Both the position numbers and the translations under genes were made by a program. Below, in pieces: positions 12,290 to 24,965 of a stretch of 64,000 nt of DNA. The notes under the pieces were generated by a model. That model was not told the origin of the DNA and ran no database searches. It saw nothing but the letters and a program-made list of their open reading frames with translations. How positions within the stretch are numbered: the first letter of the stretch is position 1; every line of letters begins with the position of its first letter. The DNA comes from Lophium mytilinum (Eukaryota). The stretch is from NCBI GenBank assembly GCA_010093605.1, contig MU004198.1, forward strand, positions 870,726-934,725, given 5' to 3'.

Positions 12290-13582
12290 ATGGGCCGCGC
12301 CTTCGACCGGCTGGCGCCTCTGATCGCATCCACCCAACGCTTCCCGTCCCTAACATCCGTAGGAATGACCGCCGTCTTCACCTTCGTCCCCTCGCCGCTC
12401 CCCACCACGACGTTGTCGTTCCCAGCGCCTCCGACTCGAGCCCCCCACCACCTCACCACCACCCCTCAAAAGCGCAGCCGCGCCCTCACAGACGTCGACG
12501 GCGAGTACTCTTGCGTCGAAAAGAAGAAGCGGAGACTACGCCTCTTCCTCATAACATCGCGGCTCTCGCAGCCGTTTTCCGCGCCCGCCACCAACATCGT
12601 CGACCGTGGATCGTCGAAAATAGCAGTGTGGGCGAAACAAAAGGCGCTGGGACGGAACCTGTTGCGGAAAGCGGCGATCTTGAACCGGATACGGCGGAAC
12701 GCCATCCGGACACATACCGAAGGAAGAGGAATATCCTGCGTTCTAGACCAAGAGAAAGAGCAGAAGCAGCTCGAGCTGGCGCGGATGGCGTTCCTGTACG
12801 GAAGCCATGACACACATACGCGGCCGGTGTTCCAGCGGCCACCCGACTTCCCACCGGCGCAGGCGGTGCGCAGTGGGAACTATTGGGCGCTGAGTGGGAG
12901 TCCGAATGTTGGTGGGAGACCTCTGTCGACAGCGTTAGCGTCGGCATCCACATTCTCGGATCTAGGAATACGGGATATCGCGACTACAGCCGGCCACGAA
13001 ATAGAAAGCGTGATTAGAGAAGACGCGGAGAACGACAACGACACAAGATATAGCTCCCCGAACGAAATGTACTCGCACCAGCACCACCTTCCCCTGCCGC
13101 AGCTCCCGCGGCACGACTATCTGCCGCTCCCACCCTCGCCGCTCGGGTTGTCGAATTACGACGCTTTCGATCTTGAAGACGAGATCCATGATCCGTATTC
13201 TGCGTTCGACGACGAGGAGGACGACGACGGGTCGTCCTCTATCTTCAGCCAGCGCCCACAGTCCCCGTCGTACGGACCAGCCGGGGACGAAGCGATGCAC
13301 GACGCCTCCCCATTCAATTTCGGCAGCCCCAGCACCGCCGTTTCGTCTGTCACGGACTCTACGCTGAGTAGCGTGCACACACCACCGCCGTTGCAGCAGC
13401 CGCCGCGGATGGTGTACTCTGATTTCAGCCTCCTGGACCCGGATGAGGCGGTTGTAGGAGATTTTGACGGGTTGGACGGTGTCGATGGCGTGAGGGCTGT
13501 GTGGCCGAGTGTTAGTAGCGGAGAGGTGCGGAAGCCGGCGCATTTGCCAACTGCGAGGCCGCCGGAGAGTAATTGGCGGTAG
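12290..13582 (+). CDS. Fungal hypothetical protein with basic, NLS-like core (start could be 12290 or about 12365)
   Basis: Long ORF with the block KRSRALTDVDGE..KKKRRLRLFLITSRLSQPFSAPATNI..KIAVWAKQ and PPSPLGLSNYDAFDLED. Confidence 0.8.
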   Translation: MGRAFDRLAPLIASTQRFPSLTSVGMTAVFTFVPSPLPTTTLSFPAPPTRAPHHLTTTPQKRSRALTDVDGEYSCVEKKKRRLRLFLITSRLSQPFSAPATNIVDRGSSKIAVWAKQKALGRNLLRKAAILNRIRRNAIRTHTEGRGISCVLDQEKEQKQLELARMAFLYGSHDTHTRPVFQRPPDFPPAQAVRSGNYWALSGSPNVGGRPLSTALASASTFSDLGIRDIATTAGHEIESVIREDAENDNDTRYSSPNEMYSHQHHLPLPQLPRHDYLPLPPSPLGLSNYDAFDLEDEIHDPYSAFDDEEDDDGSSSIFSQRPQSPSYGPAGDEAMHDASPFNFGSPSTAVSSVTDSTLSSVHTPPPLQQPPRMVYSDFSLLDPDEAVVGDFDGLDGVDGVRAVWPSVSSGEVRKPAHLPTARPPESNWR

Positions 13583-14329
13583 GAAGGGCAAAGCGCGGAA
13601 AGGAATTGAAAGAGAAGAGAGAGGAAGACGATGCGCGCGGCCACGCACTGTGGTCTTCTTTTAGGTTTGAAACTGAAATGTGACGATCAGTCTGCATTGC
13701 ATAGCAGCGTACGGACAGGACGCTTTCCGGGATAAAATCATCCTCAAATCGGCGTTTTGGGGGGGAAGGGGGGGCGGGGAAATAATATGAGCATATATGG
13801 GAGCATTTCCTGGGTTTAGGGGTTTGTGGGTGCATTTGTGAGCCGGGAGAGCTAAAACTGGGTAGGTATTGTTGGAGTTGCATAATGCTGCGTAAAGCGG
13901 CCTCGTTGTGAGATGAGACGAGATGGGAAATGAGTGTGTATTTGAGAGATGAATGAGATGTGTGTATTTGATGTATGATAGCTGAAGCTTTTGTGATCTG
14001 AGCCGTTGTGTATGTATGCAGTTGAGGTTTAAAGATTTGTGCATTCTTGGAACGAAAAGACGCAACGCGTGGTACGTATTTGGGTGTTAAAGATCCTCCG
14101 GGGGGCTTTAGGCCCGAAAGTGCAGTCGATATTAGGAGCGGGGAATTCAGCCACGAATCGGTAGTGGCATTCTAGAGGTCGTGAATCAGGCGCTGTCAAT
14201 TATCGTAATCGTGATAATGCTGGGGGCAACTCGACGAAATGAAAACGCTGGTGATAGCCCTCTTCCGCCCTATAGTAAGGTTTGTGTGTGACGAAGCTTC
14301 TCATAGGTACAAGATGTAGTATATTTCTA

Positions 14330-14992
14330 TTAGTCTGATATTTTCTGGGCCCGGTCGGCGGCGATGTCGCACATAGCCTAGGATTACAATCTCGTCAGGA
14401 TAGACATGTTGGAGGCATCTTGGGGGCTCATACTTGTATAGCTTCTACCCGCTCAGCGGCAATGTCGTTCCTCGCGATGCGAGACTTCATGTTCTCCATG
14501 ATAGCAGGGCGGGGACGGCCAGCGACGAAGACGCTACATGATCACCGTTAGCAGAGAGCTAAGTCGTTCGTCGCTTTCGTTTCATCCCGGGCAGACGTAC
14601 ACATATCTGAGCCCCGGAAAAGTCTCCTCATACACGTTATTCAACCTCTTCAGCTCCTCTGCCTCCTCCTGTCCGCCTTTATTTAACTGTGCTTGCTCCG
14701 CCCGGCTCTGCTCCGAGTCTACTTTCTTTTCGCCAAGCCGTGGGTGTGCGCATAGGATCTCTGACAGTGTTTCGATATCCTTCGAGGCGGTTGAGGAGGC
14801 GAGAGCGATTAATTGAGCATTGATGGCGGCGATGAGTGTGGGGTAGGATGGGAAGGTCGTGCTTTTTAGGACCGGGAGCGAGAGGTCGTGGAGAGGCGGC
14901 GAGGGCTCGAAGAGGAGGTCGAGGATTGCGGTTATCTCTGCTGGAGGAAGTGACGGAAGGGTGGAAATGGCTGGGAGTGCTTGTGTGGTCAT
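14330..14992 (-). CDS. OHCU decarboxylase family protein (urate degradation), 3 exons
   Basis: LDLLFEPSP; ILCAHPRLG; SRAEQ; LNNVYEETFPGLRYV|VFVAGR; AMCDIAADRA. Introns near 14535-14598 and 14378-14434. Confidence 0.88.
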
Positions 14993-15533
14993 CTCGAAGG
15001 GAGCGATTGGGTAACTAGTAAGTGAGAGGGACTTTGATGGATTGAAGACGTGTATAAAAAGGGGGGCTGAGCTGGTGAGGATAGAAACTGATGTTGAATT
15101 AAGGTAAAGCAAATATATCTATGTATGATAAGAGACGACCTGCCGCGGCAGCGTTGGGTTCTCCACGAAGTTTCGACTCTTTGCGGCGGGCACCGGCCGA
15201 TGTATTCTAGAGATGTGGTTCTGCCGAATGCCGCTGTTCGATGCCAACCTCGCTGCTGAAGGAGAAAGTCTACGTCGAGGATAGACGAATGGTGGTCCTG
15301 CAGCACGATTGCGACGGTTGTAGCTGTGGGACATGGTGAGGGACGAGGTTGTGATAAGAACCACTTTTTGGGCCCCTGCAGTCTTGGCAGAGCCTGTGCA
15401 GAATGATTGGCGTCATCCATCGAGGTCCTCCAGGTAGACATGCATCTCTTTCCTCAGAATCTACGTCCTCAATTACCGGCCTTTCAAAATCGGACAACTC
15501 TAAATGACCTGTACGCTGTTTCACTTTTGAGGA

Positions 15534-16949
15534 ATGACTACCAAACGACCGTACAAGAAGAGCATTTCGGGGTGTAGAACGTGCAAAAGGAGACGCGTTA
15601 AGGTCAGTTTACATTTACAAGCCCAAAAGTACCAAAGTCATTTCTTATAAGCTTCACTTACTAACATGGCAATCTGTGGTACAGTGCAACGAGGCCCGTC
15701 CACAATGTGGGCAGTGCTCCAAGCATGGCGTTGTGTGTGACTTCGCAAATACCCCATCTTCTGCTACTTCTGCTTCTTCTCGTTCTTCTTCTACGTCTCC
15801 CTCGTTTACACACTATCAATCATCACTCCTCGGGCCCTTGTCTCAACCCACAGCTATCCACCCACTTTATGATGACACTATGTCTTCCCGCATGATGGAA
15901 CTTCGCCTCATGCACCACAGCACCGCTGTAGCATGGTCAATGTCGTAAGCAATGGCCTACCGCCCACTTGAGAATTCATTGCTAATCAATTTGACTATAG
16001 GGGCTTGAAACAGGCCGCCAGGTGGAAAGTTTGGTCTGAATATGTACCCATGCTCGCATTCCAAGGTGGCCCATCGAACCCCCTTCTTGATCTAATCCTG
16101 GCCAACTCGGCACTACATCTGCACATACTTAACCCGACGGACCCCTCTTTCAAATTAGTGTCATCTAAAAAGTTTGCACAGGGTCTTGAGAAAATGAAAG
16201 CTTTGCTCTCGCAAGTTAACGAGGAGAACTCTCCAGCAGCTTTCGCCGCCAGCGCGCTGATCTCATTGCATGTGTTGGTCTACCGGCAAGAGAAACTATC
16301 TGGGATACAATTTCAACCGGCAAGCGATTTCTTCCGGGCCGTACACGGTACTAGAAGTATCACGGCTCATTCTCGAAGCTGGATTCAAAACTCGGATTTC
16401 AAGGCTCTCCTCCTCGACGAACCAAGTCTTCTCAACGACCCTGCGGCATTTTCTGGGTGGGTCATGACCGAGGACTCTCCTTTTGCAGAACTCCTGTTCG
16501 GACTAGATGATGAGCCGTTAGGGTGTAAGAAGGTTGCCATGTACAAAACTGTGATCAGATACCTCAGTTGGGCTTTCACTTCTTATCTGTCAGGAGAGGA
16601 CACGCACTTTTTTCGAAGAAAAGTCCTAGGGTTTCCTGTCATTGCGCCATCTCAATTCGTAGACCTCCTAGAAGCCCACGATCCACGAACACTAGCAATC
16701 ACCGCTCACTTCTTTGGCCTCAGCACGTTTTTGAACGATATCTGGTGGTTCCAGGGCGTCGCGGACAGGGAGATTCCAGGCTTGTTCAGTCTCATGCCTC
16801 CGGAATGGGCATGGGCCATGTCCTGGCCACTTCAGCAGATCAACAAAACTCCGAAAACCTTACAGCATCAAATAGCCGGTGACTATGCCATTTCAGCACC
16901 ACTAGGCGTCTCAAAGGAACCGAAAAAGTTGATAATGGGCTGCTTCTAG
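15534..16949 (+). CDS. Zn(II)2Cys6 transcription factor, Upc2/sterol-regulator-like, 3 exons
   Basis: KKSISGCRTCKRRRVK|CNEARPQCGQCSKHGVVC; ELRLMHH; C-terminal fungal TF domain ending WAMSWP. Confidence 0.88.
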
Positions 16950-17266
16950 CTCTAGCGAAAGGGGGCTTTCTTGCCACGCTGTATAACACGTGTTTTATCT
17001 ACGACAATATGAGTTCGAATGGCACGATTACCCAAAGCGAATTACTGTTTTGACAGCAAAGCCAAAGCGACGGAGTTCGCGTTTGGTGATCAAGCTCACG
17101 TTTGGTGAGTGAGTTCGCGTTGAGCTTGGGCCATTTCGCGTTGGAACAGGCATGCGCTACTATGGGTTGCATCATGATATAATTCATAGCCTTCCGCTCT
17201 CCCAACTCTTCCTTTTAACCAACTTACTCTCTCAATCTCACCACTTCATCTTTACATATGACCAAG

Positions 17267-18265
17267 ATGTCTTCTCCTCCTCTTCGCCTACATTACGACC
17301 CAGAGCTGCGAGCTGTGCTGGACAATGAGCTTTACGCCATGCATCACACTGGACGACATCCCCAGAGTCCCGAAAACTACATGTCCCACAGCTAGTAAGG
17401 TTCTCAAAAGACAAACTGTCGAACACGAAGAACGCGTCATTGCTGGCCCTGGGGGCAATCTAGTGGTGTCGGTCTTCAGTCCGCTCATAGTGGGATTGGG
17501 AAATGTAGCAGTGCCACATATAGGCGAAGCCTTACGCCCAGGAATATACCACATCCATGGAGGCGGAATGTTCACTGGATCTCGGTTCCTCAGTGTGCAA
17601 ATGGTCCTTGACTGGGTCATAAAGCTGGGTGTCAAATGTGTCTCCGTCCAATATCGCCTGCCACCGGAATATCCTTATCCAGCTCCCATTGACGACTGCT
17701 ACGCTGGCTTATTATGGATGTCAACGCATGCCAACGAGTTGGGAATCGATCCGAATAATATAAGCATTGCAAGTACATCTGCAGGCGGTGGTTTGGCAGC
17801 TGGAACTTCTCTTTTGGCCCGCGACCGAGGCGGACCAGCATTGCGGGCTCAGATTCTCGAATGTCCGATGCTGGATGACCGCAACAACACATTTTCAGCC
17901 AAGCAGTTTGCTACCGGAGGCACATGGAGTCAAGGAAGCAATGCTATGGTTGGTCTTGCTTATTAGGCTGAAAGAGCAATGAAGATGATGTGAGCATAGA
18001 GGCTGCTCCATCTCGAGCAACTGATCTATCCGGACTGCCTCCTACCTTCATCTCCGTAGGCTCAGCAGAGATCTTTCGAGACGAGGCTTTCGCGTATGCT
18101 TCAACCCTCTGGAAGAGTGGCGTTCAGGCCGAAGTGTACGTCTGGGCTGGGGGGTTCCATGGATTTACGGAGTCGGCGTCAAGTGCAGCCGTCTCTATCA
18201 TCTCTCGCGACGCTAGGACAGCATGGATTCAGCGTACCCTTTGCCTGGATTCTACTACATACTAG
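17267..18265 (+). pseudogene. Disrupted alpha/beta hydrolase (HSL/Abhydrolase_3 esterase)
   Basis: HIHGGG, YRLPPEYPYPAPIDDCY, CPMLDDRN, DLSGLPP..E-IFRDE and GGFHGF are present. There is an apparent frameshift near 17325, a frameshift near 17950 followed by in-frame TGA at 17969-17971, and the nucleophile elbow reads STSAGG instead of GxSAGG. Confidence 0.75.
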
Positions 18266-19486
18266 GCCCAAAATAAATCTTAGTAAGGCCCTCGAACTCC
18301 GACATCATATCTGAGCAGATCTTCCTCCGACTAGGACTACTGTTTTCCTCGTTCAAAACCGCATGTCACGCACGGAGTAGCCCTACCTTTACCGTCGCGC
18401 CGGGCATGAAGCAAGTGGCACACTCAGCAAGCAATTTATCTTGTGCGGTCGTGTGTACAACTGTTTGCCGCTGCTTGAAGTGCTTCCACAAATTTCCACT
18501 TTCCTAAAAGCTAAGAAATTCTATCTCGTTTGTTTGTTTTGCGAATACATTGGTGTACCACAAGCAGCGGTAGAAAACTCTACAAAAGGCAGAATGCGTT
18601 TTGAGCGCGACGACTTTCCTATGCCTAGCGTGGCCGCGTTGATGTTCTCGGTACGGCTCGGCACGCTGTACCTCACGGGCCGCTCTGGCATTGCACCTCA
18701 ACGTTAGGGGAATAAACCCCGGAGGGTGCATACATTTCGTCCACGAATCTGGTGTGAAAAAGATGACTGGAAGCTGCATTCATTACGTGCTCGAGCTGGG
18801 ATTTATAGTAGTTCATGTCCTCCTCCAACCATTAGCACAACACTGTTAACCTGTGTCCTGCAGCCGTGTCCTTCGACTTCAGAATCTGGCTTAGCCCGAC
18901 CCAAGATCTGTGGCTAGCTGAGAAGGTGGAGAGGTTGGGGCAGAAATCTCACCCTTCTGATTCCCGACTGGGGGTATTCCTAGTACACCATGCACATCGC
19001 CCCTGATCTCAATTATTCGATGTCCGGCCGTTCCCTCCTGCTCTCCCGCATCCCAAAATATCGCCGTGCATCTGTTTGGCCCCCGCGCTTTGCGATGCCC
19101 TGGCGTTGAGGGCGGAGTCTCTAATCTCCTTCGAGTACCTTCACTCACGGCCTTTCGTGTTGGGATGCGTGCTCGGTGACGAGCAATTTCCAGTTCACGT
19201 CTATTTAGCTGCTGGGTTCGGGCCATGATCACCGACCTGATTTCATTGGTTGTTGCTTGCTCGATATCACACTGAAAGCAGATCTCCCTGCAAGTATGCT
19301 AGAAGGTATGCAATCTTTACAACACGGACCCCTTCCCCATAGAGTGAGCCAACCACCCCTACGGATATAGCCGCCGAGGACATAGTGGCGGATCAACCCT
19401 ATAGTCCCTGCCCTATCTTTCTCTTGCAACCTTTTCCGAAACAACGTTCACTGTACGAGGATATGAACGCAAATGTGCGCTGAAGG

Positions 19487-21039
19487 ATGAATGTACGTCC
19501 CTCCAGTTACTGCTTCTACACCCCACGCTTTGGTCCTGGCTGCTAACACGTCCCTAGAAAGGTCAAGCGGGCTTAGAGGTCTATCGTCCTGAGGCTGGTC
19601 TCGAGGTTGTGCCCGGGCAAGATCAGAAATGGGCACATCAATATCAGAACCTAGGCCATGATGGACTTGAGTATCAAGAGGAAAACTTGCCGCAGAGTTA
19701 TTCTGAACATGATAAAGAAGTGGCCACGCACGAGCCTAAGAGCAATACCCCATTGCGATCGAAATGGAAACTTTGGCTCGCCATTGCGATAGCCCTCCTG
19801 GTAGTCATCGCAGCTGTACTCGGAGGAGTGCTTGGGACCACCCTCCATCACAACAAGAAGCATTCCTCCAGCAAGGCTTCCACCACCGCATCTGAAACTG
19901 CTTCAACTTCGACGCCATCTCCAACAGACGCATTGCCTGGGATACGGGCAAAATCACCGCTCTCAGTTACGGGGTGGCTGACTGGCAACGATTACTCCAT
20001 CCGAGGCGTCTTTCAGAGTGACGATGACATGATTCAGTACATAGCATATGATTCAGTCAGTAAGGCTTGGAAGCAAACACCAAACATCACTAAAGCGAAG
20101 GCGGGATCGCCATTAGCTCTAACAACCTTCCAAACATCTTGGTACGGAAGTCTAACGCCTGCAACGCAGTTCAACCAAGTTGAGCTCTTCTTTCTCGATA
20201 CTCAAAGTAAGTCACTGCTTGTCTTAATGATAGAATCTTTTCCTAAGCTAATCGTTGTAGATCATCTTAACGAGTGGAGCTGGGATCCATCCGCTAGCAC
20301 TTTAGGAAATAGCGGCACTTTAACACCCTACGCAATCCCCACCGGATCCGACTCCCACCTTGCGTCATACTGGCCGTTTATTCTATACCAAGATGCTGGC
20401 ATGGGCGTCCACGAAGTCGTATACGACTGCAGGTTTCCCAACTGCTGGTTCAACCGAACACTGAACGAGACAGCGTATGACGGCGCTGACTTTGCAATCG
20501 TCCCCGCGCTGCAGAATCTGGCGGAAATGAACATTCTCTACCAGGAGGGCGACCAGAAGCTAATGAGCATGGGCCGCAACTCCACCACGGGAGATCTCAC
20601 CGCCGGTAAGTACCCACCTACATTCACTCCGCATCAGCACCCGGCGAAGTATCAGGCTAATACCTCCCTAGCTTCCGCCTTCAGCATCAACCTCCCCGCC
20701 GCAGCCTCTTTCGCGGCCCTGACCGTCGTGCGCCCTTCCTCCGACAACACCGCGCTTAACACTTATGTCCTGTACCAAGACAGCGCCGGCACGATCCAGG
20801 TAGTCTGGAACGACGATGCGTCGAGCTGGAAAGGACCCGCAACGTTCCCTGCCTTTAACGACGCAGACAACGGCACTAGTATTGCATGCTTAACGCAGGC
20901 TTCCTTTTTTACAGATACCCCGTTGCAGCCAAATAGCCCCTTGAGTCGGTGCTACTTCCAGGTTAAGGGAGCACTGAGAGAGGTGAGCTTGAATGGGTCG
21001 GATTGGGAGGTTGTGGGAGATGTGAACGCTGGTCCGTGA
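19487..21039 (+). CDS. Type II membrane protein with S/T stalk and fungal fucose-specific-lectin-like beta-propeller
   Basis: 6-nt first exon (ATGAAT), intron 19493-19557, GLEV repeats, one TM (WLAIAIALLVVIAAVLGGVLG), S/T linker, and repeats of type xYQDxxGxI...W. Introns at 20207-20260 and 20606-20671. The lectin fold is inferred. Confidence 0.7.
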
Positions 21040-21940
21040 TTTTATGAATTTAGGCGCATCAACATGCTGGGTTTGCGGGCCACGCAACATTCTGGGGAAT
21101 GGGCTTGTGAGGGGTTGGAATTTAGGTCACTCGCTAGCACAGTACCAAGCGATGTCAGATTCTGGAATATATAGGTTTACCTGCTGAGGCTTTCCATATT
21201 TGGTTCTCATTGAAAGTTTCGCTGCGTAGAAGGATTTGAATGCTATCGGTCACTTGCAAGTCCTCCTAATCTGCGGGATGATCACTCCAATCCTGCCATG
21301 CCTACTTCCGTCGAGGGAAAGTTTACTCGAGAATTGGGGCCTTTCGAATGACACGCCCTATTCCTAAGTTGGTTACGCATGGAGTGCTTTAGGATTCCTA
21401 CGAAGCCTCGCCACGAGGTACGAGAGACTTCGAAAGGTGAATGTTACGTTCTGGACTCTTCAGATTAGGCCTCTGGTAGGTGAATGGCTTTTAGGCATCT
21501 CACTTCCCTCACATACAATATTGAGCTATTTGGTTGTATGTTTTGGCAGTTTGGATAGCGCTTGAAGACACTCCTGGACGTTGCAAGTTTGGAAAATATA
21601 AATGTCACGTTTTGGGCACTCTAGATCAGGCCTTCGGCAGGTGCATAGCAGTATAGCCTTCGTAAACCTTATTTCTCTCGCATGCCTACCTTATTTTTGG
21701 AGATGACAGCAAGATAGGTATAATCCAAGACGCTAGACTAAAGAGACCACTTAGCAGGCCTTGTAAAAGGAGTGACCAATCTGAAGGTCCTAGAAATGAG
21801 ATCCTCCTTGTTCTAAAGCTACTTACGCATGGGATACTTCAGACCGCTGCGTGGCCTGTCAGAACGATAACAGAATACCCCCCTACGTACAAACAGTTGG
21901 CCGCTTGAAAGCTTACCCAGATTTCTGTCTCAGCCCTTTG

Positions 21941-24248
21941 CTACTCTAACCATATCCTTTCCCTAAAACTCTTTGGCATAAAGTCTGGTCCTGGACTGTT
22001 CGATTCCACGTTCCAAACCAACGGATGAGGATCCTCGCTGAAGTAGATAAACACCATGCCAACCTTCTCATACACTGTCTCGTCACCGGCGATACCGCAC
22101 TTCATGATCACCATAGCAGTCATACAAAAATTGTCGGATTTCCGCCACTGACTCAGCAGGAGCAACGTTAGCTGCACCGTGTCGCGTTGCGTTGAGACAA
22201 GCACACCCTGTTGCTTTGCGATAGTATAGGCGGCTTTTAGCAACCGCTTGTCAACCTTGAAGCAAGGATATTGCAGTTTCTCCTGGGAGGCACTGATGAA
22301 ATCATCTTGGAGGTCGGAAAGAGGGACGTTGAGATTAGTGATCCAGCCTTTTATTGCCATCTTTGGAGGTATGGGATCTTGAAGGTACCTCTCTATAATC
22401 GCATCCCGGTGGCCTTCCCAGTCTAGAAGCGGCTCGTTGGGGTACTGGACGTGGATTTCCACGCAAGCGGCGTATTTGGGAGCGCCCGAACTCGATGCTT
22501 TAAGTGTCTTGAGGATGTAAGGTGGCGCAAATTCGAACTTCAAGGACTTCGGAATTTTCCATCCAAGCCAGGTCCAGCTAGGGAACTGTCGCCGTCGTGA
22601 TGCAGAACCAACTTGAGTCACCAGATCTTTTTGTATCCGGTTGCGTCCCATAATGTCATCGTACAAGGTATCGTTGACTGCCCAGCTCATTCCAAACGTC
22701 AACACGTCGGTATGGCTCAGTTCGGAGGAGTAGAGAAAGATCCCAAAGAAGTTATGCACAGGCTCGGCACCACTTCCTGTAGGCATAGCAAGTGCCCGTA
22801 AAACACCCTGAAATGCATTTAGGGCATCTGTTTCGTAGGTCAAGCTTCTTCGGGCGTACTCGTTTACAACACTTTCGAACGGGGTCGGCTGAGTGCCTGG
22901 ATCGTCGGATGCGAACGTTTTCGGAACCGTTAATATAGCTTCCCGCCCCTTTTGCCTCTGCGCACGCTGTAGACTATGTAATGGGATACAGATGCTCTCT
23001 TGGCAGTGCATCCCTCGACACTGGAAAAACACTTGGCTGTCGGTGAACATCAAACACCGGCGTGAAAGCAGGGCTTCTTGGTAAGTCCAGCCTCTGGTAT
23101 TCCACATTGAATGAGTGATCTCATGGGCGGCGTTGGAGAGGAACGGGTGAAATGTGTGATCCTTGATCGTAACCGAGGGATAGGTCCTTCGAGGGTTCCC
23201 GTTCACTCCTGGCAACCCATACGAAGGGTCATTTCCAGATGCCGCAATGATCGTTAGCTCAGAGTGCTCAAAAATCAAATTCATGTTCCCAATCTGAATG
23301 GCCTTGGCAGCTTCGTCGGTCTGGGGAATGCAGTATCTGTCAACCCACAAAAATCGATATCCCAGCCGCAGTGTGACAGTAATAGAGTCCTCGATGACAG
23401 CGGGAAGAAGGGCAGGAAGAGCGCCGTCTACACCCAAGGATTCGATGTATGCGTTGCCCCAGACGTAGCTCAGTGTCAGAAAGACTCGTCCCGTATCCTC
23501 ATAAACCCAAGGGACGACTGTTCGGGACTGACAATCGATAACCTGGAACGAAGGTAGCTGCGGAAATAATAGAGTCTTGCACATTCTGGAATGGTGATCT
23601 TCACAGAAAAGGAGCCACTCAGTTACTTTCGTATAATTTATCACAGCGGATGGTGGTTGGAGGTATGTACCTGTGCCGATTATCGAAGAAGAATCTTCCA
23701 AACGAGCGGCCACAGTGTATACAGTCGGTCGGTGGATCGTATCGCTCTGAAGAGTTGCGCGGGTCTTTAGGCAGCAACAGGAAGATGATGGAAGTATCGG
23801 ATAGACTTTCGTCGTTGAACATTCTAGCTGTGGAAACAACCTCGAGCTTGTACTCTCTCCCGAGTTCGTTTGTGAAATCTACACCTACAGAGGTTCTGAG
23901 GCTTCGTAGGTCGTGGAAGAACTCACAAAGAGAACAACCCTTAGACTCAATGTTGAGGATGGTACCGATCTGAATAAACCTCTTTCGTCTTTTTAACTGA
24001 GCCTGGCTGGGTTGACGAAAACTTATATTTCTGCAAGAGCTACAAAGACTCGTGGCATCGTCTATTGCATCTTTTTGCCTGGGCACGATCTGTGCACTTG
24101 GATGCGGGTCCTGGGAATTGATCGGGCTCGCATGTGGAGTACGTACTTCCTTGCAGGGCGATAGCTCTACACTTTCCATCTCCTGGACCCGCGGAGATTT
24201 TGGATGCAATGGCATATCACCGCAGTGTTCATCTAGCCTTCCTGACAT
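21941..24248 (-). CDS. Heterokaryon incompatibility (HET domain) protein
   Basis: FLTLSYVWG; IEDSITVTLRLGYRFLWVDRYCIPQ; QIGNMNLIF..LTIIAASG; WNTRGWTYQEALLSRR; FPSWTWLGW. N-terminal LCSSC and CSLC. The two ORFs join via a possible 52-nt intron (23671-23722) or a frameshift. Confidence 0.88.
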
Positions 24249-24965
24249 TTCGAAACGATAGAGGTGTTTTGGCGCGTTCTGAAGTTCTTAGAGGATGTAG
24301 AGTCCCTAAATGTTTGAATCAGAAATTTATATATGCTAACAGCGTAGTGCTTTAGCACCTCGTACGAATGGGACGAGATTGGAAGACGTCGTGCTCAACC
24401 TCTTGTCCTAGTAGAGTACTATAGCTCTCGGGGTCAAGACATTGGACGTGCAAGGTTGCGATTTGTGCAGAGGGGCAGACGAGTGCGTGTTGAAGTCACA
24501 TATGGGAAAGCGGCCTTGAAGACGTTGGTGTTATCGAGCGCAGCTGGATATAAGGCGCAAAAGTGGTTGCAAGGCTTAGATGCACTGTCACCCATCGTGC
24601 CACCGTGCAAAGGATACTTGACTGCCGCTACTTTTGCGCTAACTTAATATGGGTAGACGTCTATGCACGCTCTCTTGCCAATGCTTGGGGTACCTCTACA
24701 AGCTTTCAAGCATCTCCGCGCGATGTCAAATTCCGGGCAGCGAGAATCAGCCTACCCTTGGACCCGTTGGCTTGCTGGTAAGAGGGTTGCTCCTGGCGGT
24801 GGTATCTGGCTCCCAAAGCGGCCTATAAATCCTGAGTTGCCCAGACCTATGAACCACTCTACATAACTCAGGATTCCCCATTAACACATTCTTCGCTCAC
24901 TGTTCCAATTGGAACGCACTCCTTGTAGGCTCTAAACTAGTTGCGTTTGAGTAACGCTCTGCTTG

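Noticed and set aside
12962..13648. Long antisense ORFs over real genes (also 27130-27976, 29845-30495, 46078-46935, 53117-53692)
   Set aside because: Shadow ORFs expected from codon bias of the sense gene.
13910..14020. GAGAT/TGTGTA-rich stretch
   Set aside because: Low-complexity 3' UTR sequence with no regular repeat-spacer structure; not CRISPR-like.
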